Source: Camelus dromedarius
Lineage: Eukaryota
Assembly (NCBI RefSeq): GCF_036321535.1
Contig: NC_087436.1
Coordinates: 23,004,001-23,068,000 of the forward strand
Direction of reading: 5' to 3'
Length of the DNA: 64,000 nt
Part shown: piece by piece, positions 1 to 12,934 of the stretch
Layout: every line of letters begins with the position of its first letter
How positions within the stretch are numbered: the first letter of the stretch is position 1
Notes under the pieces: generated by a model
The model's input: the letters and a program-made list of their open reading frames with translations, nothing else
The model's database searches: none
Told to the model about the DNA's origin: nothing
Position numbers and translations under genes: made by a program

Positions 1-1344
1 ATCCCCGAGTCTCAGGGCCGCCTGTGTGTCATAGATTAGATACTCGGGGCAGCACTTAGCTCTGAGGAGATACCCAGCAAGCCTTTCAGCACTCCTTCCC
101 CCCTCTTCATCCCCTCTTCTCATCCCTGCTCCTTCGCCTTCCCTCCCTCACACACACCCTCAGAAGCAATTACACTGCAGTCCACCTGGGAGGGATCTGC
201 CGGCTTCTCTCTGACGCTGGCTGCACATTGCAAAATGAAGCAAAGATCAGAGAATTGTCTGATGACTCACATCGGTGCACGTGTCTCATTTGAACAGATT
301 AGACCCTATAGCAGCATTTTGTCCTAGATTTTGTGCATTGATCCGACTGGTCAGATAATTCGTCCAAATCCACTTCACTTTGTACCATTTTTGGACACCC
401 TAAATACATAAATTCTTGATGACTATTTCTATTGGAGTAAATGGATATCTGCAGTCTCTCTCTTTTTTTTTAACCATGCACACAACACATAGCCCAAAGA
501 GCATGGAGAACTATCCCAGAATCCCACCTAATTTTTTACTATCATCAGTCCTAGAAATTCATCATGAATATTGAAGATGAATGAGGTGGAAGTCCAGATG
601 AAGAGAACTGCCCCGTTTCCATTTTCACTGTCTTTTCAAGCAGACGTCATATATCATGCAGCTCAATAGTGGGATGACCAATGCAGGTAGCATACTGCTA
701 CTCGGTGTTTAAGTTTAAAATAACTGCTTTAAAATAGCTAATTATACTTTACCCTGAAGGAGGAGAAAATGTTTCCTCATGTCCCTGAAAATGGGTGATG
801 GGTAATTTAAAACTTTGTGGAGATCCAAAATTTGGTTGCCTATTTTTAAAATGCTAAGTTGGGGTTTAAAAAAAAACTGTCCAGTGCCAGAGCCCAATTC
901 TTCACCGTTAGAGTCTATGGTCTCCTAATATCAGTAGTTAATAGGCATATTGTAGGGGGGATATTAGTGAAGAAAAAATTAGGCTGCCAAATAGTAAATA
1001 TGTTCAAAGCTACCCAACTGAAACTGATATTAATAGGGTCAGCAAAAGATAGGTCAACTTTACAATCAAACAGAATCCAAAAGTAGACCCCAATCTGTCT
1101 GAGTAATCTGGGGAAAAATAAATTGCATCCTCTCTCTCTCTCTTCTCTGCCCGTCACTCTGTAAGAGCTCAATAAAGGTTGTGTGGTTATTGAATCACAT
1201 TCAGATTGTTCAAGCTTTAAATGTGAACAGTGAAACTACATTTAAGTTTTCAAAAAGCAATTTTAGGTGAGTATTTTTGCCATCTTTGGTGGAGAAGAGC
1301 TTCCTAAGGCTTATTAATAACCCCAAGAGCTTATGCTCAGAAAA

Positions 1345-1390
1345 AGAAAAACAAACAAAACAAAACAAACAAAACAAAACAAAACAAAAC
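1345..1390 (+). repeat. (CAAAA)n/(CAAA)n simple repeat
   Basis: Directly visible: aaaacaaacaaaacaaaacaaac... Confidence 0.9.
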
Positions 1391-2604
1391 CTCATTCTGC
1401 AGCCTTGAATAGATATGCTTTAAAAATATAAACACAAAAGAATGAAGTGAAAACTTAAGATTCTACCACTACCTAAATATCTATAAAATGGCTAGAGCAC
1501 TGGAAGGAGGCTCACCAGGCCATATTAGTCCAGTATACAAAGAAGATCATGTAGAGACAAAGCCTGCCAGCAGCCTTAATTCCTCAGAAAACCTCAGCCC
1601 ACATGTAGCCATTAGCCAAAGTAAACACGACAAGAGAAGAAGCATCAGAATTGTCGGTAAATTCTGCACAGTTGAAATCTAAGCCATCAGTTTCATTAAT
1701 TCCCAGAAATAACAGCCAAGTGTAAACACTGTGTAGCTTTGTGATTTTATAGTTGGGCCAGTGCAAAGGTTTAAGGAATTTTTAAAATCATATAATTGAT
1801 GGCACGTACACAGACAACTTTGTATCTAGTTAGTTTTTAAAGTATTTGTTCAATGTAAGTGAAATACCATCAAAGAATTTAGGATGGAAAACCCACATAA
1901 GACGTCAAGTTCAAGTGAAAACCCTAAGGAGCTTCTGAGAGACTTGCAACACCTTGAAAAAATATAATCTGGTAGTTCCATCTTGCTGACTGACTCAGCA
2001 TGGGAGTAAGGCCAGCTTTAAGCAGCTAAAGAGGTGTTTAATTTTGTCCAGAATCTACAACATCCTAATTGCAAATTTGCACTCTAATTTGTAGTGACCC
2101 CAAGTAGTAGGATGTTTTCGTGTGGAAGTGGGGCCCATGAAGAACATTGCAGGCGTGCGTTTGAATTGGAGTGATCTCTGAGAAGTGTCCTAGTGGCTTA
2201 TAGCCTAATCAGCCACAATGGCATGTCAAGTTGGCTCATTTGGAGCTGATATCATATCCTTACTAAAGACCCCTTGTGGAGGAACTGGAACTCCTCACCA
2301 AAAGGCTGTGCCTCACAGTGTCGTGAAGAACAGGGACAATGACCCAGATAACTCAGACCCAAGAAAGGTGCCACTTTTGCCTCAAACTGTCCAAGAACAG
2401 GGGCTTTGTAGTGAGAATATTTGAGAGCGGAGATAAAACCGTCCTGGAATTATCCATACTGTCTCCATGTCTCCATCTTCCCTTTGCTTGGCATGAGGAT
2501 ACAAGCTATTTACACTGAATTAGGTAAAATAAGCAGAAGATACTTCTGAAACCATTATTTTATGTTGGCAAGTCGTCTTAGAGCTCATTAAGAAGACTTC
2601 TTTG

Positions 2605-2886
2605 GCAGAAACAGACTCACAGATACAGAAAACAAATGTGTGGTTACCAACGGGGAGAGGGAAGAGGGGGAAGGGCAAATTAAGAGTATGAGATTAACAA
2701 GTATAAACTACTTTGTATAAAATAGATAAGCAACAAGGATATATTGTACAGCACAGGGAATTATACTCATCATCTTGTACTAACTCATAGTGGAGTATAA
2801 TCTGTAAAAATGCTGAATCACTATGCTGTACACCTGAAACGAGTATAATATTGTAAATCAACCGTACCTTAATTTAAAAAAAAAAA
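2605..2886 (+). mobile_element. 5'-truncated LINE-1 3' UTR with poly(A) tail (artiodactyl-type L1)
   Basis: cagaaacagactcacag...tggttacc...agcacagggaa...atgctgtacacctgaaac...ttgtaaatcaac followed by an A tail; typical L1 3' end. Confidence 0.85.
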
Positions 2887-3438
2887 CCTACTTTGGAGTG
2901 GTTTTTAGTACTCATTTGTAGGAGAAACTGCCTTGGGAATGATTAATAGAAATCTGTAATTGAGTATTCCTAGTATCTGTGAGGGGGAAAGACAGATGGC
3001 ATAAAATAGGGCATTTTATCCTTTGCCGTGGGGTACTGAGTGCCTTTGCCTCTCTACAGAGGGATCTGTGAAATGCAACGTAGAGCTGTAAACTGGGCTG
3101 GTTGGGGAGGGTCCACCTTTACTAGACCAGGGTCAGCAGCACCTTAGAGAGCTAGAAAGTGGCATGATCATGACCTTGCTGGTACCAAAGTCATACATTT
3201 GTTTTAGGTTCTTTTCTCATATACAAGACAGCAGTATCCCAAGGTAACTGAAGAAAGAGGAAGTTCGACTCCTTTTCTGGCTATTAGATCTGAGAAGTAG
3301 ACTGGCTATGTGGTCTGGCATAGAATCAGTCATCAAAAGATGTGTCATTATTTGGTGCATGTCACCTTGTGCAGACATTTTATTATGATTTTCTCCCTTT
3401 CTCTCATCCTCTGACCCTTGTTGCCCCTCTGACAACAG

Positions 3439-3689
3439 GTGTAGAAGACATCGTGGCAATCATGATTCCTGAGCCCAAAGGGAAGGAGATAGTAAGCCTG
3501 CTGGAACGAAACATCACCGTGACGATGTACATCACCATCGGAACCAGGAACCTGCAGAAATACGTCAGCCGCACCTCCGTCGTGTTCGTCTCCATCTCCT
3601 TCATCGTCCTGATGATCATTTCCCTCGCGTGGCTGGTCTTCTATTATATCCAGAGGTTTCGATATGCAAATGCCAGGGACAGGAACCAG
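3439..3689 (+). CDS. RNF150: RNF150 internal coding exon (orthologous exon 2): PA-domain C-terminus, transmembrane helix, juxtamembrane basic segment
   Basis: Acceptor ...ctctgacaacAG (3437-3438) and donor CAG|GTGAGC (3690). 251 nt, phase 1 to 0. Encodes (G)[83 protein letters not shown], recognised as RNF150. Confidence 0.97.
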
Positions 3690-4245
3690 GTGAGCAGCAA
3701 AAAGTTTAAAAAGAAAAGACATAAAACTCATTACAGAAGTAAGACATATTATCGTGTAAACTTCAGAAATCACAGAAAATACCAAGGCCCCACTCAAGAT
3801 GAACCCAGTTAACATTTACTATATAGTTTTTCAGATCTTTTCCAAATACACATCTTTTGATGTGTTGCTAGCATGGTTCTCTAGAATGGTGGTGCTTTGT
3901 CCCACATTCCTGATGCTCATTTTTTAGGTAATTATTTATTTGTTTAGGCACAAAATAAAGGGAGATAGTGGAAGGGAGCTGAGATCATGCTAATAGCATC
4001 AACCTAATTTGGAAAGAGCCGGGTTTCCTCCTTGTGAACAGAAGGAGACAAAAAATAAAAGGTATTTTAAAAAGCAATGAAGTTTGGAAGAGACAACACA
4101 TACACATAGTATAAAATGCAAAAGGTATGAAATAGTGTATAGTGAAAAGTAACTGCCTTCCCATGTCTGTCCCCCAGTGATGTAGTGCCTCCCCCTCGAA
4201 TGTCTTCTTTTCCAGGGGTATTTTATGGGCTTACAAACACATACA

Positions 4246-4285
4246 TGTGTGTGTGTGTGTGTGTGTGTCTGTGTCTGTGTCTGTG
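4246..4285. repeat. (TG)n/(TCTGTG)n microsatellite
   Basis: Directly visible. Confidence 0.9.
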
Positions 4286-4405
4286 TTTAAACACATGATA
4301 AAATGATAGCACACGTAACTCTGTACTGTTATTTCTTACTTCTTCTTGGAGATTAACTCTTATCAACACTCAGTGCAAGGTGCTTTCTCATTTCTCAGGA
4401 CTGTA

Positions 4406-4876
4406 CAGGTAGACCTTGGAGATATTGCAGGTTTGGTTCCAGACCACCACAATGAAGCAAATACCTCAATAAAGCAAGTGAACAGGAAGTTTTTGGTGTC
4501 CCAGTGCATATAAAAGTTACATTACACTATACGTAGTCTGTTAAGTGTGCAATAGCGTTATGCCTAAAAAAATGTACATACCTTAATTTTAAAATATTAC
4601 TAAAAAATGCTAACCATTATCTGAGCTTTCAGCGAAGTGTAATCTTTTGCAGTAATAACATCAACAATCACTGATCACATATCACCATGACAAATATAGT
4701 AATAATGAAAAAGTTAAAGGTATTGTAAGAATTACTGAAATGTGACACAGAGACAGGAAGTGAGCAAATGATGTTGGAAAAATGACACAATAGACTTGCT
4801 CGATGCAGGATTGCCACAAACTTTCAATCTGTAAAAATCCCACATCCGCAAAGCACAGTAAAACGAGGTATGCCTG
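4406..4876 (-). mobile_element. Internally deleted Tigger1-type (TcMar-Tigger) DNA transposon, 471 bp
   Basis: Termini caggtagacctt... and ...gaggtatgcctg are imperfect inverted repeats. TA flanks both ends (4404-4405, 4877-4878). The ends match the Tigger1 consensus as I recall it (CAGGCATACCTCG). Confidence 0.85.
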
Positions 4877-5459
4877 TATAAAGTTTTATTTTCTGCATAG
4901 ACCACAGTTATTCAGCCAGCTTCTGTTGATGGACATGTTTTCTTTTATCAGAAAACAAAACAAAACAAAACATACACACACAAGCATGTACATGTGACAC
5001 TAAGCACATTTGTAAATATATCTGTATGGTATATTTTGGCAGTTTTATAGCTAGGGCAATGGGATGTGTATTTTAAACTGCAATAGATACTGGCAGATTG
5101 TCTGCCCAAAAGGTTGAACCAATTTATACATTAAGTAACAATATAGTAATACTGTTTACACTAATATAAACATTTGTCTATTAGTATATTAATTTAATAC
5201 TGCTTGTACTAATACAGACAGTATGCTAATAACAAACACACAGTTTCCCCACATCCCCACCAAATGAATGTTACACCTTTATATTGTATGTGATTTAATG
5301 TTAAAAATGGTATCATGTTTTTCTTATCAAAAGGAACATTCATCATCTCTTCAAGTAATGTAGAAAAAGTTAATGTTTTCCTATGAATTATCTGCTTATA
5401 TTATTAGACCACCTCAGTTGAGTTGTTGGTCACATTTTATTGATGTGTATAAGCTCTTT

Positions 5460-5774
5460 TTTTGGTATATATGTATTTTTTATTGAAGGATAGTCAGTTT
5501 ACAGTGTTGTGTCAATTTCTGGTGTACAGCACAGTGCTTCAGTCATACATGAACATACATATATTCGTTTTCATATTCTTTTTCACCATAAGTTATCACA
5601 AGATATTGCATATAGTTCCCTGTGCTATACAGTATGAACGTGTTTATCTATTTTATATACAGTAGTTAGTATCTGCAAATCTCAAACTCCCGTTTTATCC
5701 CTTCCCACCCCCTCCCACTCCTTGTAACCATAAGTTTGTTTTCTACAGTCTGTGAGTCTGTTTCTGTTTTGTAA
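5460..5774 (-). mobile_element. 5'-truncated LINE-1 3' end (camelid-type 3' UTR) with 11-bp TSD
   Basis: Antisense L1 3' UTR (ttattgaaggatagtcagtttacagtgttgtgtcaatttctggtgtacagc...). Direct repeat ataagctcttt at 5449-5459 and 5775-5785. Confidence 0.85.
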
Positions 5775-5785
5775 ATAAGCTCTTT

Positions 5786-6640
5786 ACTAGTCAAATCAGT
5801 TAACCCTTTTTATGTGAATCCTATATATTCAATTTATTTTCCTTCCAACTTGTCATTGTCTTTGATTTATCGTTGGTGCTTTTTGCCAGGCAGAACTTTT
5901 GGAGTTTTACATAACTGAATTTATCAATTTTTTATAGCTCCCAAGTTTTATATAATAAGAGCTTCTATAGGCCAAGACTATAGAAAAACAGTCTCTCATG
6001 CTTTCATCCACTACTTTTTAAATTTCATGTTTATGGTTAAAACTTTAATCTACCGAGAATTTATTTCAGAGTAGAGAATAAAGTACAGAGCTAACACTTT
6101 TTTTTTTTCAGATTGCCTACCAGTTTTTGTAACTGGTATTTATTGAATAATTAATCTTTTCCCTTTCATATGCAGAACCCTCATTTAGCATGTATTAGAG
6201 ACCCATATGTATTTGGTTCTATTCCTGTGCTCTCTAAAATGTAGCTTTAATCTGTCTATTCAGATTCCAGTACCACACTTCTCTGAATATTTTAGCACCA
6301 TAATATGTCTCATATCTGTTCGTGCTCATCATCTTTTATTGCTCTATCTTTACTTTTTTTCATGTTTTTCTTTATATGAATTTAGAATCACTTTTAACTA
6401 GTTTTCTAATTTATAGAATAATTTAGAAGGAGTTTATAATCTTATGATACTGAATCTTCCTTTTCAAATACAGTATATGTTTCCCCTTTATTCAGCTCTT
6501 CCTTTTATTCCCTAATAGCGTTTTTAAATGTCCTTATTTAATCTTGCACAGTATTTTTATGTTTATTCCTAGGTCATTGTGTTGCTATTATAAATGGAAT
6601 CTCCTTTTTCATATAAGAAGGCTTTTGGGTTTTATGTTTA
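5786..6640 (-). mobile_element. Highly degraded ancient L1 (L1M-type ORF2 region); related fragments appear to extend from about 4900 to 7950
   Basis: T-rich antisense sequence with L1-like motifs (ttattgaataat, ccagtaccacac, tttattcctaggt). No intact ORF. Confidence 0.55.
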
Positions 6641-6739
6641 TTTTTATATTATTATAATTTAATAATTTGTATATTTATAATTTATTATCATTTAAAATTA
6701 TCTTATTAATAGCAGTAATATTATATAGTATATATTATA

Positions 6740-6947
6740 TACAGGTGTGTTGTAAGGACTCTCTATATATTTACATACTTAATCCTCTTAATTACCTTAC
6801 AGTAGGTAATTTTATTGTCTCTGTTTTACAGAGGAGGAAACAGAGAGGTTAAATAACTTGCCAAGGTCACACAGCTAGTTACGAATAGTGCCAGCAATTG
6901 AACCAACATCAAGGCTTTAGAGTGTATGCTCTTAACCACTACGCTGT
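6740..6947 (-). mobile_element. MIR SINE
   Basis: ttttacagaggaggaaacagagaggttaaataacttgccaaggtcacacagctagt...ctcttaaccactacgc is the antisense MIR core. Confidence 0.85.
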
Positions 6948-7579
6948 AATATTTGTGATTGCTTATCAGGATGACACTAATAATATGCACAGTCATTGAT
7001 AGTTTACTTCTTTCAGATTTTAAACCTCCTATTTTTTTTTCCTGTTGTCTAATTTCACTGACTTGTGCCTCCAAACTCAATTAAAGTAACAGTGGCAGCA
7101 GCGATCATACTACCCTTCATTCACGATTGAATGGGAACAGTCTGAATTTAATGGGTTATTTTTATCATGTCTCCATTATTTTATTCGTTCTCCATGTAGC
7201 CTCCTAGGTTGAGCTATATTTTTAACATGTAATGTAAAGTCCTTTTTTGTTCAGAGTTTTAATCAAGAATGTATTTTTAATTATAACAAATGCCTTTTTA
7301 GCAGCTATAGTCTGGCTTTTCTCTTTTGACCTATTAACAGGAGTGGTTTAAATGAATGGATTTCCTAATATTGAACCATCCTGAATTTCCAGCACATCCT
7401 AATCCTCTAATGTGTGCTGTATTGTTTTGTTCAGATCGCATTTAGTATAGTAGTTATTTTTTACCTTGATATTCACATGTGAAACTTGTCCATCATTGAC
7501 ATTTTTATCATGTTTAGATAATAGTTACACTGGCTATATCAGAAGAATTTACAAATTTTCTTCCATTTTCTGTAGTCTA

Positions 7580-7750
7580 GAGTTGTATCTAACTTGGTAG
7601 TCACTAGCCATGTGTGACTATTTAAATGAGTTGTAATAAAATAAAATTTAAAATTCCATCATACTAGCTGCATTTCAAGTGGCTACTATATGGTGGTGCA
7701 TGTATAGGACGTTTTTATCATCCCAGAAAGTATCAAACAGCTCAGCTCTA
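7580..7750. mobile_element. MER3/MER33-like hAT-Charlie remnant
   Basis: cactagccatgtgtgactattta...ctagctgcatttcaagtggctac motifs. Confidence 0.55.
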
Positions 7751-8244
7751 AAGCATTTTAAACAGCACTGGAATTAGCCGATCTTTGAAGTATTAAAGAT
7801 TGTTTTTGTAAGCCAATAAGGTCTAAGTTGTTTGTTTTAGGAGAACAGCTCTTTGACTTTTTTAATTCATTTTATGGCAGTCGGTCTGTTTAAATTTTCT
7901 ATAGCTTCTGGAACTATTTTTTTAAACATTTTTATTGCTTTTTCTGACTCTTAAAATGATACCTGCATATTCTAATAAATTTTGACAATCATAGGAAAAT
8001 ACTAAAATAGAAGACAAATCACCCATCACCCTACTGAGGTGCTAACAATTGGGTGCATAACCTTTCAGACTTTTTAACCCTCTCTATATATTCAGTAAAT
8101 TGTCATATATTGTGTATATATGCATGAGATAAACACATATGTAAAACATTTAAGTTTGTGTACTTTTTTTTATTTAATGATGAGCGTTTCCCCCCATCAT
8201 TAAATAATTTTTGAAACATGACTTTTACTGGCTACATAGCAGTC

Positions 8245-8420
8245 AGGTTCCACTTACCAACTGGGCAAGTTACTTTATGCTTTAGTTTTCTAAACAAAAT
8301 GGGAATATACCTTCTTTGTATAGTTATAGAGAGGACTAAATGGCTTAGTGTATCTTATATTTTAAAGCCCCTGGACGTGATTGATCACTTATAAAGCTCT
8401 CAATGAATAGTATCTGTTAC
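8245..8420 (+). mobile_element. Degraded MIR
   Basis: ccacttaccaactgggcaagttactt...aaaatgggaata...gaggactaaatg...ctcaatgaatag. Confidence 0.6.
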
Positions 8421-9587
8421 TACTGTCATAAAGATTCCATAACAATCATGTACACTTCCAACTTTGCCACTGTTATTAAATATTCTGGAATTTAAATGGA
8501 CGTTACCAGTTAGACACAAGACACTGAAACTAGATATAGAACTAATATGTTCAGTTCCACTGGTTCCTAAGGGGTCCATTTGGAGAAACCATACGTATGT
8601 AAATCAGTTATTGCCAAGATACTTACCCAGCTGACCCAACAACGATAAATAGAAATGGTATCCCTGTCTCCCTTGAGTCTACAGATAATCCAAGCCATCG
8701 TTGAAAATTGAGGCAAGGATGAAATTTTAGGCTTGAATTAGTTGAGTAACTCTTTCAATTGCGAGTTCATTTTGTGCAGGTAATATACATCACATTTCTG
8801 TCTCGGCATGTGCGTACTCTGTAATGTGTGTGAAAAGTAAATTAGAAGTTGAATGAAAGTGGTTCATGGGGTGTAAGGTTTTGCTCCCATTTTATTAACT
8901 TTCCTTGAATTACGGGATGTTACCCTCAGGGTCAGTCAGTGAATTTGGAGCATGCTAAAATTAGCATTGCTTCTTGATCAAAACAGACACCATACTTTAG
9001 CCCTTTTATGAATGAAACAGAACATGTAATTTCCCTTGTAAAAACACTTCTCTTTTGATGGGCAGTGCTTCATTTCATTCAACAGGAAGTTCAGCTGTAA
9101 AAGCTATAGCACTTGTAGGCATCAGGTTAACCGAAGTCATTTGTTTTTATTAAACATTATTGGTCCTTCAGAAAGAGTGACTCTGGGGTTAGATGTAGGC
9201 TCACCGCCTGTAATGGAATGTCAAAGGCATGAATGTCACCTTGGTGAAGTGCCTAACCATTCAGATACATGACAGAAGGACTGAACCTGAATTAGCCAGA
9301 AGAGCGCCTCAGTCTCTGCTCAGCTCTGCGCAGATCACACTTAGAGGGGAGCCACCGTCATAGTCCAGGGCCTTCCATGTCACACTGGGCCTGGAGTAGA
9401 TCATTTCAATGCAGTGTCCCACGGAGTAAGATTTGCTAGATGTTCTTTACCTTAGTAACCTCACAGCAAGGTCTTTTAGATGATGACAGGGAGATTAAGA
9501 GCTCCCACTCAAAGTGGAGAGGGAGATTTGGCTGGTGTGTTGTGTTTCCTAAAACAACTATACCGAGACAGCGCCAGTGCCCAGGTA

Positions 9588-9780
9588 ATAGTTAAAGACA
9601 CAGCTTTCGAATCAGACAGATCTGGATTCCAAGTTTTGCTCTGGCCATTCCTAGTGGCATGATCTTGTGCGGGCCTCACCTTCCTATGCCCAGATTTCCT
9701 CACAGGTAGGGTGGGAATGATCAAAAGTCACCCCATAGACTTGATGCAAAGACCAAATGAGAAAACACGTGTGACAGGTT
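9588..9780 (+). mobile_element. Degraded MIR
   Basis: gttaaagacacagctttcgaatcagacagatctggattc...tgatcttg...atttcctca. Confidence 0.6.
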
Positions 9781-10609
9781 ATCAGAGAGTGGTTAACTGG
9801 ACTGTCTTTTGTGGATAAAGCAATTCTTAGAAAATAGTATTTCTCCCCAAAATATAAATAGTCCAGTTCTTATATAACTCACATATAGTTAAGTCCACGG
9901 CTGTATAGCCCAGGTGACACGCTTTGAAACAAAATGGGGTTCTTTTCCAGAGTTATGGGAGAAGACTATAAAACTCTATATGTAGACTAGGGAAAAAGAA
10001 CCTACTATTCTTGGAGAATAATTTTCCATGCAGCAGTGTGTTTTAATTGACAGTAACAGTGCATGCACACTGTAAAAAAAAAAAAGACAAAATGAAAGAG
10101 TGTTTATTTAAAAGTAAGTATTCTTCCCCCTCAGACTCTTTTTGTCAAATCTGCTTCCTCCAGCTCTCCCCAGAGGCAACAACTCTTAGCAGTTCCCTTT
10201 GAGTGCTTCCAGAAGTTTCTGTGTCTACAAATAAGAAAAGTTCCTTTCTACATTTATTGCATACCCAAGGACTGTGCCTTCACGTAGCATACATTGTAGT
10301 GGCACCAATAGGCAGTCTTGTAAAGATAGATATGAGCCCACTTGGAGGGTGGTACGGTGGTCAAGATGGCAGGCGATGGGTTTGGAGTTGAGTGATGGAA
10401 GTGGAGAAGCCGGGGGGTGTCAGATTAGGGCAATACTTCAAAACTCTATGGATTATATGTAGAACATAAAGAATAGATCCTAGTTTATACCTGATGTGCC
10501 AGCCTAATTATGAATAACCCACATTTTATTCACAAGTGTTCCAGTTTAGATCATTCTCCTGTGGTTACCATACGTGAGGGGAGGAGAATCGAGGGTGCAG
10601 TTAGGTCCA

Positions 10610-10850
10610 TTCCTGCAGCGTTAACTGAAATGGGAAAAACAGAAGATGAGATCCAGAGGGGCTGGGGAAGCCAGCATTTCAGTGTGGAGATATTAAATTT
10701 TAGAAGCCTGTTGGTTACTTAAACAGAGATGCCAGGTAGGTAGCTCAGTACACAAGTCGGGAGGTCGGGAGAGAAGAACTGGAGGTGGAAATACGGGAGT
10801 CATCGGTAGAGAGATGCCGTTTAAATGATCGCGACGGGTGGCTGCCCTCG
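10610..10850 (-). mobile_element. L2 LINE fragment
   Basis: ttaactgaaatgggaaaaac...gagatgccaggtaggtagc...ggaggtcgggagagaag...gggagtcatcggtagagag. Confidence 0.55.
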
Positions 10851-11412
10851 GACATGGGTGTCCAGAAGAAGCCTGAAGACAGCCTGGTCTATGCTAATGC
10901 GGCCTTGTGCCCCAGTCTCTCTGGGGCCAAAGCAAAGGGAACGAGGTGCTTTGAGGATCTAGACTTGAGGGGTCTTCTCTCCCAGAAGAAGGAAGAGCTT
11001 CCTGAGGAGGTGGCTTGGGTTGAGACCAAAGGATGGTTCGGCACCAGCTAGAGGAAGAGGAGAGGAAAGAGAGTTACGTCCTGTTCAGTTTCACCTCGGT
11101 TCTTTCCGTTTCCTCTCACTCGATGCTCCCCCTTGGTATTTATCACTATAGACTCTTCCCATCTTTTCTGCTACCTTGGTTCACTCACTACTCATGGACT
11201 TCTGCGTAAGTCTCAGTGTATATAGGTCTCCTTCTAGCAAACAACCAAAGCTTACTTTTCTGGAAAAAATGCCAGTAATTATTTTAAAAACTAAGGATAA
11301 AATATCAAAGAGAAAAATGAATTAACGAGGGGAACATCTCCTCTTCTACCTATTTGCTTTAACTGTGATCTGCTTAGGGAAGTGCCGCCTGGTGGGTACT
11401 TCATAGATTTTG

Positions 11413-11592
11413 ATTGGTTGGTCAGCTCGCTGGTTGGCTGCTTGGCTGGTTGGCTGAAAGGCTGATTGACTGGCTGGCTGGCTAAACATTGGTTGGTTAG
11501 CTAGCTGGTTAATAGGTTGACTGGCTGGCTGGCTGGCTGACTGGGTAGATGTTTAGTGATTGGCTGACTGACTGGTTGGTTGGATGATTGGT
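11413..11592. repeat. Degenerate tetranucleotide repeat (GGCT/GGTT/GACT)n
   Basis: ttggttggtcagc...ggctggctggctaa...ctggctggctggctggctgactgg. Confidence 0.85.
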
Positions 11593-11609
11593 GAAAACTG
11601 AGAATAGTA

Positions 11610-11830
11610 GTTTAGCTTTGGCTTTAAAGTCAGACTAAATTTTATTCAGATTTTGACTGACCTATCACTAAGTCTATGATATTAAATAATTTACTTAAGC
11701 TCTGTAAGTCTCAACTTATTCTATAAAATAGTGTTTTTCTTATAATGTTGTTGAAGGATAGAGGTGATACTGCATGTAAAGCTTTAGCATGGTACTTGGG
11801 ACATGTTAACTGTTCATTAATATATGCTCA
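11610..11830 (+). mobile_element. Degraded MIR
   Basis: ttacttaagctctgtaagtctcaac...ctataaaatag...gcatgtaaagctttagcatggtacttgggaca. Confidence 0.6.
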
Positions 11831-12834
11831 CTGTTTTAAAGAGAAGAAAGAAGCTTGAATGTTACTTACAAAAGGAACAAAGTTAGTGAAAGCAAATGAT
11901 AATTCTGTTTAAAGGTTTGCCTCATTTATCTTAGTCCTTCATATACATTTCACTGCTGCAAATACACATCCATTACAGACTAGAAGTACATATACTGAAG
12001 AAGGAGATTACAACATGTGGAAAACTCACTAGCACACGAGCGAACCATTTTTCTCATTGACAAATTAAAACGTAATTCTCTCCCACCCCCTCCCTCTCCC
12101 ACTCTTCCTCCTTATCCTGTCATTGCATTGCTGCAAGGCTCATTAGGATAGTAACTTTCTCTATCAAAAAAAGAAGTGCAAAAATATATTGTTTCTTGAC
12201 ATGGGTGATGGTGTTACCCAGGTGTTTGCTTTGTAATTATTTGCAAACTGAATGTGTATGTTTATATATTTCCCTATGTGCACACTCACACAGGAAGGAG
12301 GTGAAGTTGACATGTAAGAAGGTGACAGAATAGGATAGTACACACCAAATAGAAGCCTAGGTTAAGGCTTCTACACACCTTTGCTTATATAGCAAGGGAA
12401 AGTGTTAAAATTCCAAATTGAAAGGAATACACAAGCAATAAACCCTGATTGTGAAAAAGAGGAGATAAAGATTATTCCAACTACTCCAGATTGGCTGTCT
12501 CCACGTCACAAACTGAGTGACTACAGTGGCCAATTATGAACCTTTTTTTTTTTTATGCTAGTCTTCATCGATGTGACCTGCGCTGGAGTCACAGTATGGC
12601 AGGATCTTTCCATGTCATATTCCACCCGCTCAGCATCAGGGATGAAGAGCTTCTCTTGATGACAGAGCTCTTTAACAGGCCGCGATGAGTAGAGCCAGAG
12701 TACACAGATAGCTCTGCCCCGTCTCTCCCAGCCATCTTCATTAGCATTCATGCCACTTGTGCATGACCTGAAAGATAGCTGCCCTGGTGCACTGAATGCC
12801 GTCAGACACAAAGTCAAAGATTACACATCTGTAT

Positions 12835-12841
12835 TACTAAC
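12835..12841 (+). promoter_or_regulatory. Consensus branch point TACTAAC for exon 3 (also an ACTAAC QKI/SF1-type element)
   Basis: gtatTACTAACaagc. The branch A at 12840 lies 23 nt upstream of the exon start. Confidence 0.7.
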
Positions 12842-12862
12842 AAGCGGCTTTTGTTTTTTCAG

Positions 12863-12934
12863 CGCCGGCTGGGAGATGCAGCAAAAAAAGCCATCAGCAA
12901 GCTCCAGGTCAGGACCATCAAGAAGGGCGACAAG
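12863..12934 (+). CDS. RNF150: RNF150 coding exon (exon 3), linker before the RING
   Basis: Acceptor ttttgttttttcAG (12861-12862) and donor AAG|GTACCA. 72 nt, phase 0-0. Encodes RRLGDAAKKAISKLQVRTIKKGDK, in frame with the previous exon. Confidence 0.95.

Noticed and set aside
3342..3438. In-frame extension upstream of exon 2 as an alternative N-terminus
   Set aside because: It starts at GTG, and the sequence is the exon's polypyrimidine tract.
8765..8785. Recursive-splice-like site ttcattttgtgcAG|GTAATA (a similar one lies near 3927)
   Set aside because: Intron 2 is only about 9 kb, such motifs are frequent, and there is no other support.
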